From: a virus
Lineage: Duplodnaviria; Caudoviricetes
Strand: one strand, 5' to 3'
DNA: 64,000 nucleotides
IMG/VR virus record: IMGVR_UViG_3300029267_004155
Shown: piece after piece, positions 63,407 to 64,000 of the stretch
How positions within the stretch are numbered: position 1 is the first letter of the stretch
Layout: the number at the start of each line of letters is the position of its first letter
Translations under genes and position numbers: made by a program
Notes under the pieces: generated by a model
Databases searched by the model: none
Seen by the model: the letters and a program-made list of their open reading frames with translations, nothing else
Told to the model about the DNA's origin: nothing

Positions 63407-63828
63407 TGAAGATCGAGTCCAGGAGGAAGCTGCTGCTGGTCAAGGAGGGCATGGAGGCCGTCATCGACTCGGAGGTCGAGATGGACCGCGGCGGCCACGG
63501 CACCGGGAAGGCCAGGCTGGCCTCGGACATCCGGCAGGAGGCCATGGCCGAGCTCCGGGAGAGGTTCCCGCTGTCGAGGGTGGGCGGGAAGAGAGGCAGG
63601 CCCAGGAAGGCGCTCCCGGATGAGACCAAGGAGACCATCCTGTTCCGGTACTACCTGACCGAGATGAGCATGGCGGCCATCGCCGAGAGGCTCAAGCTCT
63701 CGAACGCCGTCGTCACCCGGACGATCGACGAGGGCGGGAAGGCCTGGTATGACGACAACAAGGACGCTGTCGACGACTACCGGGGAAGGCGATTCGGGGG
63801 CCTCAGGCACGTTCCTCGGGGAAAATAG
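63406..63828 (+). CDS. HTH DNA-binding protein
   Basis: GRPRK motif followed by a region-4-like HTH LTEMSMAAIAERLKLSNAVVTRTI. Confidence 0.6.
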   Translation: MKIESRRKLLLVKEGMEAVIDSEVEMDRGGHGTGKARLASDIRQEAMAELRERFPLSRVGGKRGRPRKALPDETKETILFRYYLTEMSMAAIAERLKLSNAVVTRTIDEGGKAWYDDNKDAVDDYRGRRFGGLRHVPRGK

Positions 63829-63840
63829 TTGGCGCTCCGA

Positions 63841-63870
63841 GTGGAAAACTGACTCTTTTTGGCAATATGG
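63841..63870 (+). promoter_or_regulatory. Conserved 30-bp promoter motif, copy 8
   Basis: GTGGAAAACTGACTCTTTTTGGCAATATGG upstream of RBS AGGAGG and ATG 63897. Confidence 0.8.
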
Positions 63871-64000
63871 GGGTAGAGACTGTCAGGAGGAGCTAGATGA
63901 ACATCGAGTCGAGAAAAGAGCTGGAGATGGTGGGCGCTGCGATGAGGCGCCTCGCCATGCGGCTGCCTGAAGGGGCGGACGAGCGCGGAATTGCCCTGGG

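Noticed and set aside
1-64000. Long minus-strand ORFs (e.g. 17931..20912, 30325..33375, 3592..5571)
   Set aside because: Antisense shadows of high-GC plus-strand genes; Pro/Arg/His-rich with no recognisable motifs.
1-64000. Stop-codon reassignment as the cause of fused ORFs
   Set aside because: TGA, TAG and TAA all end well-defined genes (e.g. nrdJ TAG, GT25 TAA), and the fusions contain no in-frame stop.

Overview
High-GC, gene-dense window with almost every gene on the + strand and many ATGA/TGATG overlaps. It most likely comes from a large (jumbo-type) phage or phage-like element. This is inference from the class II ribonucleotide reductase, two LAGLIDADG inteins, many short hypothetical ORFs and a repeated promoter; no capsid, portal or tail gene was recognised. 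Four blocks are visible. (1) ~0.47-11.5 kb: a mosaic array of unrelated domains (ADP-ribosyltransferase-like x3, zincin, ParB-like, RelE/DUF4258-like, TMEM65-like). Most carry a shared ~19-aa leader MDGxKIARELVEAARELxG (15 copies, one of them at 16 kb) or a related 'RVAxxF' helix, with DNA scars of leader duplication. This is the best candidate for an undescribed system, probably a packaging/targeting tag for virion cargo. (2) ~11.6-28.4 kb plus 42-45.8 kb: a glycan-modification toolkit (GT2, GT4, GT25, GT10, sulfotransferases, RmlB, GNAT, radical SAM), interleaved with an ECF-like sigma factor, a 2H phosphoesterase and nrdJ. (3) 29.4-41 kb: two ParB-like genes, an intein-containing C5 DNA methyltransferase, a cysteine desulfurase and a duplicated metzincin module. 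(4) 46-64 kb: early-type small genes behind a conserved 30-bp GTGGAAA-N13-GGCAATAT promoter motif, with RadC/JAB, an ATPase-less mini-ComM and a 1.8-kb tandem duplication. All family calls are by motif recognition only; no database search was run.
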